From Campylobacterota bacterium (GTDB lineage: Bacteria > Campylobacterota > Campylobacteria > Campylobacterales > Sulfurimonadaceae): a stretch of DNA of 22,449 nucleotides. The notes beneath the pieces were generated by a model, which made no database searches, was not told where the DNA came from, and saw only the letters and a list, made by a program, of their open reading frames with translations. The position numbers were made by a program, and so were the translations under genes. Shown one piece after another: positions 1-9,979 of the stretch (positions within the stretch are counted from its first letter, which is position 1; the number at the start of each line of letters is the position of its first letter). Location of the stretch: contig JAYEKO010000084.1 in assembly GCA_034661055.1 (NCBI GenBank), forward strand, positions 6,670 through 29,118, in the 5' to 3' direction.

Positions 1-1837
1 CAACATCTCCAATAACTGAAGCAATCTTGCTGACAACATAAGCAAAATCAACACTTTGAGGTTTTCCTGCATTACTTAATGAGTCACTCTCTCTGTCACC
101 AGATACAATAAAGCCCATCTTAAGAGACTCTTGACGTTCTTCATCAAACACAGAACCCACTTCAAAAAGAGCAGAGCCTTTTCGTCCTGACTTAGCATTG
201 AGACTTGCTGACTCAAGAAGATTTAACATTAGAGTCGGTCGTAATGTGTCAAGTGTTGCAGCAATTGGATTAAGCAGGTCACGCTCTTTTGAAATACATG
301 TAAATCCAAAATTCTCTAACTTACTACGCTCATTAAATACAAAGTGGACGCTTTCAAAAAAGCCGTTATAGGCAGCTCTATTTCGATAGCTTTGACGCTT
401 TTTATAATGGGAATAATCATCATTATAACGATTCTTTTCTGCAAAAACAAACGGTTTTGAAGAGATATTCTCAATACCCACTAAACGGACAATCTCTTCT
501 ACAATATCTTGCTTATTGACTATATCGTGACGGTAGTGCGGCACTTCAATTACAAAGTCTTTTCCGCTAGATTTTTCAATATTAAAACCTAAACTTTTTA
601 AAATTTGAACAATCACAGATTTTTTAACAATATCACCAATAAAAGCATTAATCTCATCAACACTTACAGATATAATAGCCTTTTTCATACTCTGCCTGCA
701 CTCAAGTGTTCCACCGTAAAATGATGCCTTAGAAAAACTGTTGAAAAGCTCTACAGTCTGCTTCATACCAAACTCTAAATCACAATCTGTTCCACGTGAT
801 GTTCGATAATACAACTCATCACTCTTGCACTTATTTTCATGCATTTGACGTGAAATAGTATCTGGAGCAATATAGCTTGCTTCTAAGATTAATGTACCTG
901 AGTCAAATAAAAATTTTGAATCATCATTTTGACTGACGCCGACAACAGATGCATTCTCTTTGCCATTAACCGTTACATAACCATTGCTATCTCGATTTAC
1001 ATGTATTTCGGAATTATTAAAGAAGTCACTGCGGTATCCACGAATGACAACACCACTACAGTATGTTGAATAGAAAAGCAGACTCTCTAGTGCACTCTCT
1101 TTCTTTTGCTCTATTTGAGCTAAACGTAGCTCTAGAAGCAGTGGAAGTTTTAAATCTGAAAATTCTAGTGCACAATATTTTAGTTCAACATCAACATCAC
1201 TATGCACTAAACTAATAAGCTTACCAATACCTTTAACATGACCTTTAACATCTCTAGCAGGCTTCTCTCTAAAATCGACATCAAATGCAGCTGAAAGATC
1301 ACGACAGATGCCATTGATGCTTAAGCAGTCACCACGATTTGCAGTTAGTTCAATCTCAATTAAATCATCATTAAAATAGAGATTTTTTGAAAGCTCTTCT
1401 CCAAGATTAAGCGTACCAATACTCTCGTCCAGCTCCATAATACCGTCTTCAAGTTTTGGCAGACCTATTTCAGTTGAAGAACAGATCATCCCTTCACTGT
1501 CAACACCGCGAAGCTGTACCGGTTTAATTTCTAATCCACCAGGCATCTTAGCACCAATAGTTGCTACGGCTACATGGAGTCCTTCTCGTACATTAGCTGC
1601 ACCACAAACAATTTGACGTGTTGCCGCTCCAATATCTACTTGACATACATTTAACTTATCGGCATCTGGATGTTTTTCACACGCCAAAACCTTACCGACA
1701 ACAATTTTAGCAGGAACATCAAACCGCTCATGACGATCTACCTCTAAACCTATAGAGTTAAATGTTTTTGCTAAATTATCACTACTAATTCCATCAAGAT
1801 TAATCCACTCGTTTAACCAACTTTTTGTAACTATCAT
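1..1837 (-). CDS. pheT: Phenylalanine--tRNA ligase beta subunit (3' part runs off the window)
   Basis: Not in the ORF track because its stop lies outside the window. Manual translation from the ATG at 1837 gives [35 protein letters not shown]...[16 protein letters not shown]...QIVCGAANV...[19 protein letters not shown], which are PheT hallmarks. ATGA overlap with the pheS stop. Confidence 0.97.
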   Translation of the reverse strand, partial: MIVTKSWLNEWINLDGISSDNLAKTFNSIGLEVDRHERFDVPAKIVVGKVLACEKHPDADKLNVCQVDIGAATRQIVCGAANVREGLHVAVATIGAKMPGGLEIKPVQLRGVDSEGMICSSTEIGLPKLEDGIMELDESIGTLNLGEELSKNLYFNDDLIEIELTANRGDCLSINGICRDLSAAFDVDFREKPARDVKGHVKGIGKLISLVHSDVDVELKYCALEFSDLKLPLLLELRLAQIEQKKESALESLLFYSTYCSGVVIRGYRSDFFNNSEIHVNRDSNGYVTVNGKENASVVGVSQNDDSKFLFDSGTLILEASYIAPDTISRQMHENKCKSDELYYRTSRGTDCDLEFGMKQTVELFNSFSKASFYGGTLECRQSMKKAIISVSVDEINAFIGDIVKKSVIVQILKSLGFNIEKSSGKDFVIEVPHYRHDIVNKQDIVEEIVRLVGIENISSKPFVFAEKNRYNDDYSHYKKRQSYRNRAAYNGFFESVHFVFNERSKLENFGFTCISKERDLLNPIAATLDTLRPTLMLNLLESASLNAKSGRKGSALFEVGSVFDEERQESLKMGFIVSGDRESDSLSNAGKPQSVDFAYVVSKIASVIGDV

Positions 1838-2826
1838 CTAAACTGCTCCAATAATCTTGCATCACCTTCAAAGAGTGATCGTAAATCACCAATACGGTGA
1901 ATCAGCATCGCAAAACGCTCAACACCTAAACCAAAAGCGTAACCACTAACATTTTTGTAACCAACCGCTTTAAAGACATTCTCATCAACAATACCACAGC
2001 CAAGAACTTCTAGCCAACCTGTTTTAGAACAGACTCTACACCCTTTTCCTTCACAAAAAATACAGCTAATATCGACCTCAGCAGATGGCTCGGTAAACGG
2101 GAAGAAGCTTGGACGAAAACGTACTTCTACTTCACCAAACATATAGTGCAAAAAGTCCTCTAGTATAAATTTCAAGTTAGCAAATGAGACTTCACCCTCT
2201 TTATCGACAAGCAGACCTTCAACTTGGTGAAACATCGGTGTATGTGTAAGATCATAATCTCTACGAAAAACAGCACCTGGTGCTATCATACGAATAGGAG
2301 GCTTTGTATGCATCATCGTTCGAATCTGAACTGGTGACGTGTGTGTGCGAAGCAGTGTCTCATCTTTAAAATAAAATGTATCTTGCATATCGCGTGCTGG
2401 ATGATACTTTGGCAAGTTTAGTGCTTCAAAGTTATGAAAATCATCTTCAATCATAGGACCGGTATGAATAGCAAAGTTCATTGATGCAAAGTACTCAACA
2501 ATTCTATCCATTGTCTCCATCACGGGATGCAGTGAACCACTCTGTGACGTAGTTGAATACAGCGTTACATCAAGAGCCTCAGCCTTCATAGCTGTTTCAA
2601 GTTCTTGAAGCTGTAGCACTATTTTTTTATCGGTAAGTAGTGCTGTCAACTTTCCTTTATGAATGTTAAGCTCTTTAGCAATTCCTGCTTTCTCTTCATT
2701 GGTAGCTGTTTTCATTTTGGCAAACTGAGCCGCCAAGACCCCTTTTTTACCAAAAAGTGCAATTCTTATCTCTTCAAGTTCACTGACACTCTGCACTGTG
2801 TCAATTTTATCGTACCACTCTTTCAA
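1834..2826 (-). CDS. pheS: Phenylalanine--tRNA ligase alpha subunit
   Basis: Motifs [39 protein letters not shown] and FAFG-like [15 protein letters not shown] start with an AGGTGG SD-like sequence upstream. Confidence 0.98.
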   Translation of the reverse strand: MKEWYDKIDTVQSVSELEEIRIALFGKKGVLAAQFAKMKTATNEEKAGIAKELNIHKGKLTALLTDKKIVLQLQELETAMKAEALDVTLYSTTSQSGSLHPVMETMDRIVEYFASMNFAIHTGPMIEDDFHNFEALNLPKYHPARDMQDTFYFKDETLLRTHTSPVQIRTMMHTKPPIRMIAPGAVFRRDYDLTHTPMFHQVEGLLVDKEGEVSFANLKFILEDFLHYMFGEVEVRFRPSFFPFTEPSAEVDISCIFCEGKGCRVCSKTGWLEVLGCGIVDENVFKAVGYKNVSGYAFGLGVERFAMLIHRIGDLRSLFEGDARLLEQFR

Positions 2827-2948
2827 TTAGACCACCTATTTTAGGACTCCTGTCCTTTATATTACGCGTATTCTATTCAAATTCTATTTAAGAGGCTCTG
2901 AAGAGAGAAGTGAATACAATATTGTCATAATCAATTAAAGGTAAAAAA

Positions 2949-3305
2949 ATGTGTATTTTTTGTAAAATAGTAAATAAAGAGATTCCCTCAAACTCCGTCT
3001 TAGAAGATGATGATTTCCTTGCATTTCATGATTTAAACCCAAAAGCACCCGTACATATTTTAGTTATTCCTAAATTACATGTAGATAGTTTTAATGAAGT
3101 ATCCGCTGATATCATGGCCAAAATGACACTATTTATGCAAAAAGTGGCAACAGAAGTAGGCGTTGAGAAATCAGGTTATCGCATTATCACCAACATTGGT
3201 GATAATGGCGGTCAAGAAGTCAAGCATCTCCACTTCCACCTGCTTGGCGGAGCTAAACTTGCCTGGGGTCATTTTGCAGATGCTGACCCCAAAGATTTCT
3301 TCTAG
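2949..3305 (+). CDS. hinT: Histidine triad (HIT/HinT) nucleotide-binding protein
   Basis: N-terminal CIFCKI and the triad HLHFH (GQEVKHLHFHLLGG). It is divergent from pheS. Confidence 0.93.
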   Translation: MCIFCKIVNKEIPSNSVLEDDDFLAFHDLNPKAPVHILVIPKLHVDSFNEVSADIMAKMTLFMQKVATEVGVEKSGYRIITNIGDNGGQEVKHLHFHLLGGAKLAWGHFADADPKDFF

Positions 3306-3475
3306 ATAGAAGGAGGCTTAGGCGGACGAAGTGATTCGTCTGCCACAGTAGGCTGTGGTGTATTTGCGCGTGATGATGGAGTACTAGACTCCGTTACAGC
3401 ATCACTGCCTCCACCACCACATCCAACAAAAAATGCTGCTAGAACTAATAATATAATTGGTAAAAGTTTCATCAT
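3302..3475 (-). CDS. Small (57 aa) putative lipoprotein with a Gly/Ser/Pro-rich tail
   Basis: Manual translation: MMKLLPIILLVLAAFFVGCGGGGSDAVTESSTPSSRANTPQPTVADESLRPPKPPSI*. It has a lipobox FVG|C at Cys19 and a strong SD (AAGGAGG) overlapping the stop of the upstream beta-propeller gene. Absent from the ORF track. Confidence 0.8.
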   Translation of the reverse strand: MMKLLPIILLVLAAFFVGCGGGGSDAVTESSTPSSRANTPQPTVADESLRPPKPPSI

Positions 3476-3482
3476 ATCCTCC

Positions 3483-6071
3483 TTACTTTACTGTTTCACA
3501 GATAATATTTGAACCTTTTAACAAGGCACCATAAGTACTGCTACCGTAATCAAAAATAAGCCCTCTATCAGTGTTACCCCAATCAGACCCACTAGAAGTA
3601 ATGGTATGGAGCTTATTAATACTCATTCCATCGACTTCATAAATGCCAAAATTCTCACTCTGATTTTTATATTCACTGTAATTATATGTACGATACGGTA
3701 CACCAAACATCAGGTCACTTCCTCTGTATGCAAATGCCTTATGATTATGTTCAGCCTCACTGTATGTATATTTATCACCAATTTGCATCTTATCTGCTAA
3801 ACGAGGAGCAGCAAAATTAGTAATATCAAACAGTTGAAACTGTAACTCTTGTTGACGGCCCTCTGCATCGGCATTACGTCCAATACTCAATACTCGATTT
3901 TCATCAATTACATGTAAATATGTTGAGAAGCCTGGAATCTCCAGCTCACCCACCGCTTTTGGATTTTCCGGATCACTCATATCAAGAGTATATAGCGGAT
4001 CTGTCTGCTCAAACGTCACCACAAAACCGCGATCTCCCATAAAACGCACCGCACGAATAGTCTCATTTTCATGTCCAAGTCCCTCAAGTGTTCCTTTGAC
4101 CTCTAAGACCTCATCACTATTTTTTAGTGTATAGACAGAATTGGTGGTACCACCACTGCCCCACCATGACCAACCTGAAGTAGTAGCCACTCTTAAGTAG
4201 TCATCTTTTTCACTCATACTAAACTGGTTAAGCATTCTGCCCTCAACAAAACCACGACCTTCATAAGCCATTGTCTCTCCTAGAGAAAACTTGTAGATCA
4301 TCTGCTGCTCTTTATAGCGCTCGTAATCATAGTAACGTGGATATTCACTTGAGACTAAATATAGTGATGTCGTCGATGCATAATTGGTGTGTGTATTTCC
4401 CAAAAATGAAATAGTCTCACTGCGAGCACCACTATCTACACTAAAACTACTAATAGAGGTAATATTAGCACTCTGATCAAGCTTAAGTGGGGCATAAAAT
4501 TTTGAAGGAGCTACCAAGTCAGATACAGTTCCATCACTTGTAATCGTTGGTGTTAAATCCTCACTAATAACTATTGGATTATCATAATCGTACTTCCATG
4601 CACCATTGGCATCGTAGTTGTATTGATAACAGTTATTATCTTTCCATGCCTGGTAGTTTGAACTATACTCGCACGACTCTTCATATTCTTCTATCTCTGG
4701 TTTAGGGCAATCTTCTTCAGGAAGACATGCCGGTACAAGTTGATCTTCAATAGAACCAGAACAATATCCATATATTTCATTTTGATCTAAGTCGGTACAG
4801 ACTGTAGCAAGATAGAGTTTTGGATACTCATACTCAACTCTAGGATAAAACTGACTAATTAAAAAGAGTCTTCCATCAATTAAACGGCTATCTTGATAAC
4901 TTCCATCAATCTCATGAGATGCGATTATGGTAATACTATTAATATTGGAGACATCAAAAACATCTAATGTAAAAAGAGGCTCACTGTAGTAATATGGCAT
5001 TGAACGCACTGACTCTTCATCATTAACTATACCTGTATCTTCTTCCATCGGTTTCACTGGATAATCGTAGTTATATGATTTATTTGAAATAACACTCAGG
5101 CGGTTATTTTGTAAAAACATCGCAATCACATTTTTCTCACTCATTGCTATTTCAGCAATAGGAGTATAGTTTTGCTGTGCTATATTTGAAAATGATGTTA
5201 CTATGATTTTATTATTTCTATTGTCAACATTAAAAATATGAGTACCATCATGCTTCATAATGTCACTTTCATCAACACCCTCTTCTTGCAAGTTAGTTGA
5301 AGTGGCATCTTTAGCACTCTCTTCATTGCTGGCTTCATCTCCACTAGACACCTCAGCAGCAGTAGGAACAGCAGCATCTAAAGCCGCTTCTGGTACTGCC
5401 ATAGGTTCAATAATTCCGCCACCATAATAGTAATAATTATTCATAGTGATCATCTTACGGATATACTCCAACATTGAAGCTTTATCATTAAATGTCTGCA
5501 GTTTTGAGAGCCTACTGTCAACGTCAATAGTTTGTGCAGTCTCACTCTTTACCCACAGCCCTTCACTAGAAGTAATCGCTTCAATTGGTGGAAAACTTAA
5601 ACTCTCATCGTTAACTTTCCACTCCTGATCACTACTATATTTCCAAACTACCGCATCGCCAAAAAATTCATCTGAAACGACACTATTTTGAGGAATTTCA
5701 ACTAAATTCCAGCCCTCATAGAGCTTTATTTCACTGTTTTTAGCACTACTAAGAAGAGCTGACTCTTTAAAGTCTAAAGACCACTGCTCCTTACTAAAGA
5801 CCCAAACAGCCTGCCAAGGCTGTAGTGAGTCCAGAGTAGCAAAGCCTTTTTCGGTAATAATTCCCTGTAATTCAGCATCAGGAGCATACCCATTCCAACT
5901 CTGAGTTACTCCATCATACCCCCAGACAATCTCTACACTCTTAGTATTAAACACAGACATGTCATTAAGAGTTGATGGAACTCCAATAAGTTGCCACCCT
6001 TTTTTTAAATTAACTGTTGTATTAGCGTGCATAACACTAAGGACAAAAAGAAGTACAACAAAAATACGCAT
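3483..6071 (-). CDS. Secreted protein with a C-terminal beta-propeller domain (COG4880 / Beta_propel-like) and N-terminal GWxL repeats
   Basis: Signal peptide MRIFVVLLFVLSVMHA. Family-like motifs TNLQEEGVDESDIMKHDG, GRMLNQFSMSE..YLRVATT, ETIRAVRFMGDRGFVVTFEQTDPLYTLD and GELEIPGFSTYLH. I prefer the ATG at 6071 over the GTG at 6080 because of SD spacing. Confidence 0.85.
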   Translation of the reverse strand: MRIFVVLLFVLSVMHANTTVNLKKGWQLIGVPSTLNDMSVFNTKSVEIVWGYDGVTQSWNGYAPDAELQGIITEKGFATLDSLQPWQAVWVFSKEQWSLDFKESALLSSAKNSEIKLYEGWNLVEIPQNSVVSDEFFGDAVVWKYSSDQEWKVNDESLSFPPIEAITSSEGLWVKSETAQTIDVDSRLSKLQTFNDKASMLEYIRKMITMNNYYYYGGGIIEPMAVPEAALDAAVPTAAEVSSGDEASNEESAKDATSTNLQEEGVDESDIMKHDGTHIFNVDNRNNKIIVTSFSNIAQQNYTPIAEIAMSEKNVIAMFLQNNRLSVISNKSYNYDYPVKPMEEDTGIVNDEESVRSMPYYYSEPLFTLDVFDVSNINSITIIASHEIDGSYQDSRLIDGRLFLISQFYPRVEYEYPKLYLATVCTDLDQNEIYGYCSGSIEDQLVPACLPEEDCPKPEIEEYEESCEYSSNYQAWKDNNCYQYNYDANGAWKYDYDNPIVISEDLTPTITSDGTVSDLVAPSKFYAPLKLDQSANITSISSFSVDSGARSETISFLGNTHTNYASTTSLYLVSSEYPRYYDYERYKEQQMIYKFSLGETMAYEGRGFVEGRMLNQFSMSEKDDYLRVATTSGWSWWGSGGTTNSVYTLKNSDEVLEVKGTLEGLGHENETIRAVRFMGDRGFVVTFEQTDPLYTLDMSDPENPKAVGELEIPGFSTYLHVIDENRVLSIGRNADAEGRQQELQFQLFDITNFAAPRLADKMQIGDKYTYSEAEHNHKAFAYRGSDLMFGVPYRTYNYSEYKNQSENFGIYEVDGMSINKLHTITSSGSDWGNTDRGLIFDYGSSTYGALLKGSNIICETVK

Positions 6072-6243
6072 AACATCCACCTTTTAGTAATTTATTTGCT
6101 TCTTTGCAGTGTAGCCAACCAATATTAACATCATATTAGCATCACCCCTTTTAGCTTATTCAAAAAAATGTTACATTTATAAGCTTATTATAAACAATAG
6201 TTATCTATATAAACAAATTTAGCACAAACTCGGTACAAAACTG

Positions 6244-6249
6244 TATAAT
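6244..6249 (+). promoter_or_regulatory. Probable sigma70 -10 box (TATAAT) for the acyl-CoA ligase/RNase T2 pair
   Basis: Perfect TATAAT 31 nt upstream of the ATG at 6281, in an AT-rich divergent intergenic region. Confidence 0.55.
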
Positions 6250-6280
6250 CATCTATACAAATAACTATGAGAGAAGACAG

Positions 6281-8002
6281 ATGAATAACATTTATGACCT
6301 ACAAGAGCTAACACTTCCAGCACTTCTTGAGAGAAGTTTTGCACTCTATTATGAAAAAGAGTGTGTCTGTTTTGTGGATGGGAAATCTACTACATATGCC
6401 CATTTTTATGAGAAAGTTCATGATGTTATGAACCAATTAAAGGCATTTGACATCGAACATGGCGATCATGTTGCCATACTTAGTGAAAATATGCCTAACT
6501 GGTCTGTTGCCTATTTTGCTATTACTGCATTGGGTGCTATTGCTGTTCCTATTCTTCCCGATTTTCACACTTCTGAAGTGCATCATATTTTAAAAGATGC
6601 CCCTATTAAAGGAATTTTTGTATCTGAAAAACATCTCGATACCATTTTAGAGCAAGAAGAGAATAGCCTAATGTTCGCCATTAATACAGATACGTTAACT
6701 ATGATTGATGAACTGCACAAAACCGGAAAGCTATCTGAAAAATTTGAGCAGTTTAAAAAAAGTGCGCATGAGCTTCGAGAGAAGTTACTAGCTTCTAAAG
6801 ATACTGGGAATATAGAAGAAGAAACCCAATACCGACCTGCTGAAGATGACTTGGCGGTACTTATTTACACATCTGGAACTACCGGACACTCTAAAGGGGT
6901 GATGTTGACACATAAAAACCTTGTCTCTAATGCAACATCAACCCACAAAGTGGTGACAATTACCCCTGAAGACCGCTTCTTATCTATTTTACCTCTAGCA
7001 CACACATTTGAAGCTACTGTTGGTATGTTAGTCCCTATTTTACATGGTAGCTCCATTCACTACCTCAATAAAACACCGACACCTACTATTCTTTTAAAGA
7101 CATTTGCTACAGTAAAACCTACCTTTATGTTAAGTGTTCCTTTGGTTATTGAGAAAATCTGTAAAAGTAAAATTTTTCCTAAATTTCATGCAAACATTAT
7201 CATTGACACACTTTACAAAATTCCATTCATTCGAAAAATCATTCATAAAGCTGCCGGTAAAAAACTGATGGAATCATTTGGTGGCGAGATGCGTTTCTTT
7301 GCCATCGGTGGTGCCCCACTTTCACCATATGTTGAGAAATTCTTACTTGAAGCAAACTTTCCTTATGCCATAGGATATGGTCTAACTGAAACAGCACCTA
7401 TTATTGCAGGAACGCCAATTGGACACACTAAACTCAAATCTACCGGTCCTGCACTTCATGGCGTAGAGTTAAAATTACGCGACTTTAACCCACAGACAAA
7501 ACAGGGTGAAATTATTGCACGTGGACCAAATGTGATGGTTGGGTATTACAAAGATCCCGAGCGTACTGCTGAAGTCTTGGATGAAGATGGATGGTTTGAG
7601 ACAGGAGATCTGGGCTACTTTGATGAAGATGGCTACCTGTTCATTAGTGGACGTAGTAAAAATGTCATTATTGGAGCAAGTGGAGAGAACATCTACCCAG
7701 AACAAGTAGAAGCTACCATTAATGAAGATGAGTACGTTGCTGATTCACTCGTGTACGATCAAGATGGAAAACTGGTTGCTAGAATTCATCTAGACTATGA
7801 GCTAATAGATAAAAAATTTGCATCTACCAAACATTCTGACTCTGAACTTCATGATGATATTGAAGCATTTTTAGAAGATATGCGCATCAAGACCAATAAA
7901 AAACTCTCAGCATTTAGTAGAGTTACCAAGTATATTGAGCAGAGTGAACCATTTGTAAAAACACCAACGAAAAAAATTAAACGCTATCTCTACATCGCGT
8001 AA
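6281..8002 (+). CDS. fadD: Long-chain fatty-acid--CoA ligase (AMP-binding family)
   Basis: AMP-binding motifs IYTSGTTGHSKGVMLTH, GYGLTET, GWFETGDLG and SGRSKNVII..SGENIYPE. Confidence 0.88.
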   Translation: MNNIYDLQELTLPALLERSFALYYEKECVCFVDGKSTTYAHFYEKVHDVMNQLKAFDIEHGDHVAILSENMPNWSVAYFAITALGAIAVPILPDFHTSEVHHILKDAPIKGIFVSEKHLDTILEQEENSLMFAINTDTLTMIDELHKTGKLSEKFEQFKKSAHELREKLLASKDTGNIEEETQYRPAEDDLAVLIYTSGTTGHSKGVMLTHKNLVSNATSTHKVVTITPEDRFLSILPLAHTFEATVGMLVPILHGSSIHYLNKTPTPTILLKTFATVKPTFMLSVPLVIEKICKSKIFPKFHANIIIDTLYKIPFIRKIIHKAAGKKLMESFGGEMRFFAIGGAPLSPYVEKFLLEANFPYAIGYGLTETAPIIAGTPIGHTKLKSTGPALHGVELKLRDFNPQTKQGEIIARGPNVMVGYYKDPERTAEVLDEDGWFETGDLGYFDEDGYLFISGRSKNVIIGASGENIYPEQVEATINEDEYVADSLVYDQDGKLVARIHLDYELIDKKFASTKHSDSELHDDIEAFLEDMRIKTNKKLSAFSRVTKYIEQSEPFVKTPTKKIKRYLYIA

Positions 8003-8703
8003 TGAAACGGTTACGTTTAACACTAACACTTTTTCTACTCATTGGTGCTATGCTTTATGCGTATGTATCCAAGAGCAATAGTCATACATCAACAGATGTC
8101 TCAACCAATAACCTCTTAGCGATTAGCTGGCAAAATGCCTTCTGTGAGACCCACCAAAAAAAGCGAGAGTGTCGTAATATTAAAGCGACCGACTTTTCAG
8201 CATCGCACTTTACACTTCATGGGCTCTGGCCACAACCAAGAGATAATACCTACTGTAAAAAGAGTAAAAAGGTCTGGCTAGAAAAACCGCTATACACAGA
8301 GCTTTTACATGTAATGCCCGCAGCAAAAAGTGGGCTACATCAGCATGAGTGGAAGAAACATGGAACCTGCTACAATAGCTCTCAAGAGCAGTATTTTAAA
8401 GACTCAATCTTACTGTTAAAACAGATTAACAACTCTGCTGTTCGTGATTTTTTTGCAAAAAACATTGGTAAGACAGTCACTGCAAAACAGGTTCGTTTAG
8501 CATTTGACAGAGCTTTTGGACAGGGAAGCGGTCGAAAAGTTAAAATGCAGTGCCATAAAGGACTCATTACCGAATTACATGTAAATCTTCAAGGTAATAT
8601 TAGCGCGCTTTCTGACATTGACAGGCTTTTAAAAGATGCCAAATATGCACAAAATGGTTGCCAAAAAGGTCGTATTGATGGTGTTGGCTTTAGCAGATAC
8701 TAA
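8002..8703 (+). CDS. Ribonuclease T2 family protein (secreted or periplasmic)
   Basis: CAS I (FTLHGLWPQ) and CAS II (HQHEWKKHGTC) motifs, an N-terminal hydrophobic signal and several Cys. TAATG overlap with the ligase stop. Confidence 0.93.
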   Translation: MKRLRLTLTLFLLIGAMLYAYVSKSNSHTSTDVSTNNLLAISWQNAFCETHQKKRECRNIKATDFSASHFTLHGLWPQPRDNTYCKKSKKVWLEKPLYTELLHVMPAAKSGLHQHEWKKHGTCYNSSQEQYFKDSILLLKQINNSAVRDFFAKNIGKTVTAKQVRLAFDRAFGQGSGRKVKMQCHKGLITELHVNLQGNISALSDIDRLLKDAKYAQNGCQKGRIDGVGFSRY

Positions 8704-9863
8704 AGAGCATTATACTGAATTGGCGTATTCTTTAGAAGTGTCTCAATCGTAACAATATCTTTTTTCGTTAGTAGATGTCGTTCATTAGTAATCTTAAAAA
8801 TATGAACAACCTCAGTTACGGTAATTCCAAACGGATCTTTTTTAGAAATGTTGGCGACACCGTTTTCATTTACCTTTACATACATAAGATTCTTTCGACT
8901 GTACTGAAAATAGTACGCTAAGGTCAACTCTCCGGTATGCTCTTTGTCAATTGAGACCATAACACGTTCTGGTATCTCATTTTCAATTGATGGGTAGAGG
9001 TTTTTAAACTCTTCTGCTTCCATGTAACCTATATAAATCTTAGTGAAAAGGTCTATATAGCGTGTCACATCAGGACGTTTTAAAAACTGCATATTAAACA
9101 CATGCTTATTGTGTGTTCTTAAACCGGTAAAAATCCACGCCAATGTATTGTAGTATCGAAATGGATGAGTCTGTAAATTTCGAGTACCAACAATATTTTT
9201 TCCAGAAACTTTTTTAAGAGGCTTTTTAGATCTGTTTCCATCCGTCACAATCTTCTGATAATACTTCTGTGCAGAGTACGGCTTTGTAACCCATGTGGTG
9301 CAGTATGACGGCAACTGCTTTAACCCCAAAGCACCTTCATTAACTATGATTAAACACTTTATTGTCATATTTGGAAATAGGACATTGAGCAGTGCTTTTT
9401 TCTTGCGCAGCCTTTTTTTAAGATTTGAGACCGATTTTACCAGAGTCATCTCTACAAAATAGAGAATATCTCCTGCACAAAACAGTGCATCAAATTCGCC
9501 AATCTCTTTACTTTTTGTTCGGTAAACAATCTGCCCTTTTGAGCTGATTGAAAGTGCATTTCCAAGTGCTTTAGTTCGCTGCTTATGCGGACCTTTAATA
9601 ATAAACTCTGTAATCTCACTATGAAGTAGTGCGTAGCGAAGTAGCAGTTCATACATTACATTTTCAAATACCTCACCTTCAAAAGAGCGGTAAGCACTTA
9701 AAAACTGCGGATCATCTTTTGCAATGCCCTGCTTTTCAAGTCGGCTAAGATGTTTTGTTGCGTAGTCATAATACAGAACATTATCACCAATGGCACTATC
9801 GTCCAAATTGACAATATCTGATGACATCTCTAAAAATTTATTATTGGAGCTTTTTTTATTCAT
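8700..9863 (-). CDS. Hypothetical basic protein with a PD-(D/E)XK nuclease-like N-terminal motif set
   Basis: 387-aa ORF. FEGEVFENVMYELL...IGEFDALFCAGDILYFVEMT matches the E...D-x(10-15)-E pattern of restriction-endonuclease-like folds. The start could alternatively be the Met of MSSDIV. Confidence 0.6.
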   Translation of the reverse strand: MNKKSSNNKFLEMSSDIVNLDDSAIGDNVLYYDYATKHLSRLEKQGIAKDDPQFLSAYRSFEGEVFENVMYELLLRYALLHSEITEFIIKGPHKQRTKALGNALSISSKGQIVYRTKSKEIGEFDALFCAGDILYFVEMTLVKSVSNLKKRLRKKKALLNVLFPNMTIKCLIIVNEGALGLKQLPSYCTTWVTKPYSAQKYYQKIVTDGNRSKKPLKKVSGKNIVGTRNLQTHPFRYYNTLAWIFTGLRTHNKHVFNMQFLKRPDVTRYIDLFTKIYIGYMEAEEFKNLYPSIENEIPERVMVSIDKEHTGELTLAYYFQYSRKNLMYVKVNENGVANISKKDPFGITVTEVVHIFKITNERHLLTKKDIVTIETLLKNTPIQYNAL

Positions 9864-9887
9864 TAAAACTTTTCAAAATTCAGTTAT

Positions 9888-9946
9888 GGGCACCTCTAAA
9901 AACCCTAGTATCACTCAGAGGGGTACTAGGGTTTTTAGAGGTGCCC
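9888..9946. repeat. 59-bp palindromic element with 23-bp perfect inverted arms and a 13-nt spacer (MITE/IS-end/REP-like)
   Basis: GGGCACCTCTAAAAACCCTAGTA (9888-9910) and its exact reverse complement TACTAGGGTTTTTAGAGGTGCCC (9924-9946), in the intergenic gap between the helicase and the nuclease-like gene. Confidence 0.9.
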
Positions 9947-9979
9947 TTTATATTGTATCCAAAATCTAATATAAACTGC

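Noticed and set aside
2870..2888. Direct repeat ATTCTATT x2 upstream of pheS
   Set aside because: It is short and AT-rich, and is adequately explained as TAGAAT -10-like boxes on the minus strand.
3917..8305. A 4.4-kb gap without the palindrome as a marker of foreign DNA
   Set aside because: With a mean spacing of about 1.4 kb and 15 intervals, one gap this long is compatible with random placement. I saw no obvious compositional shift.
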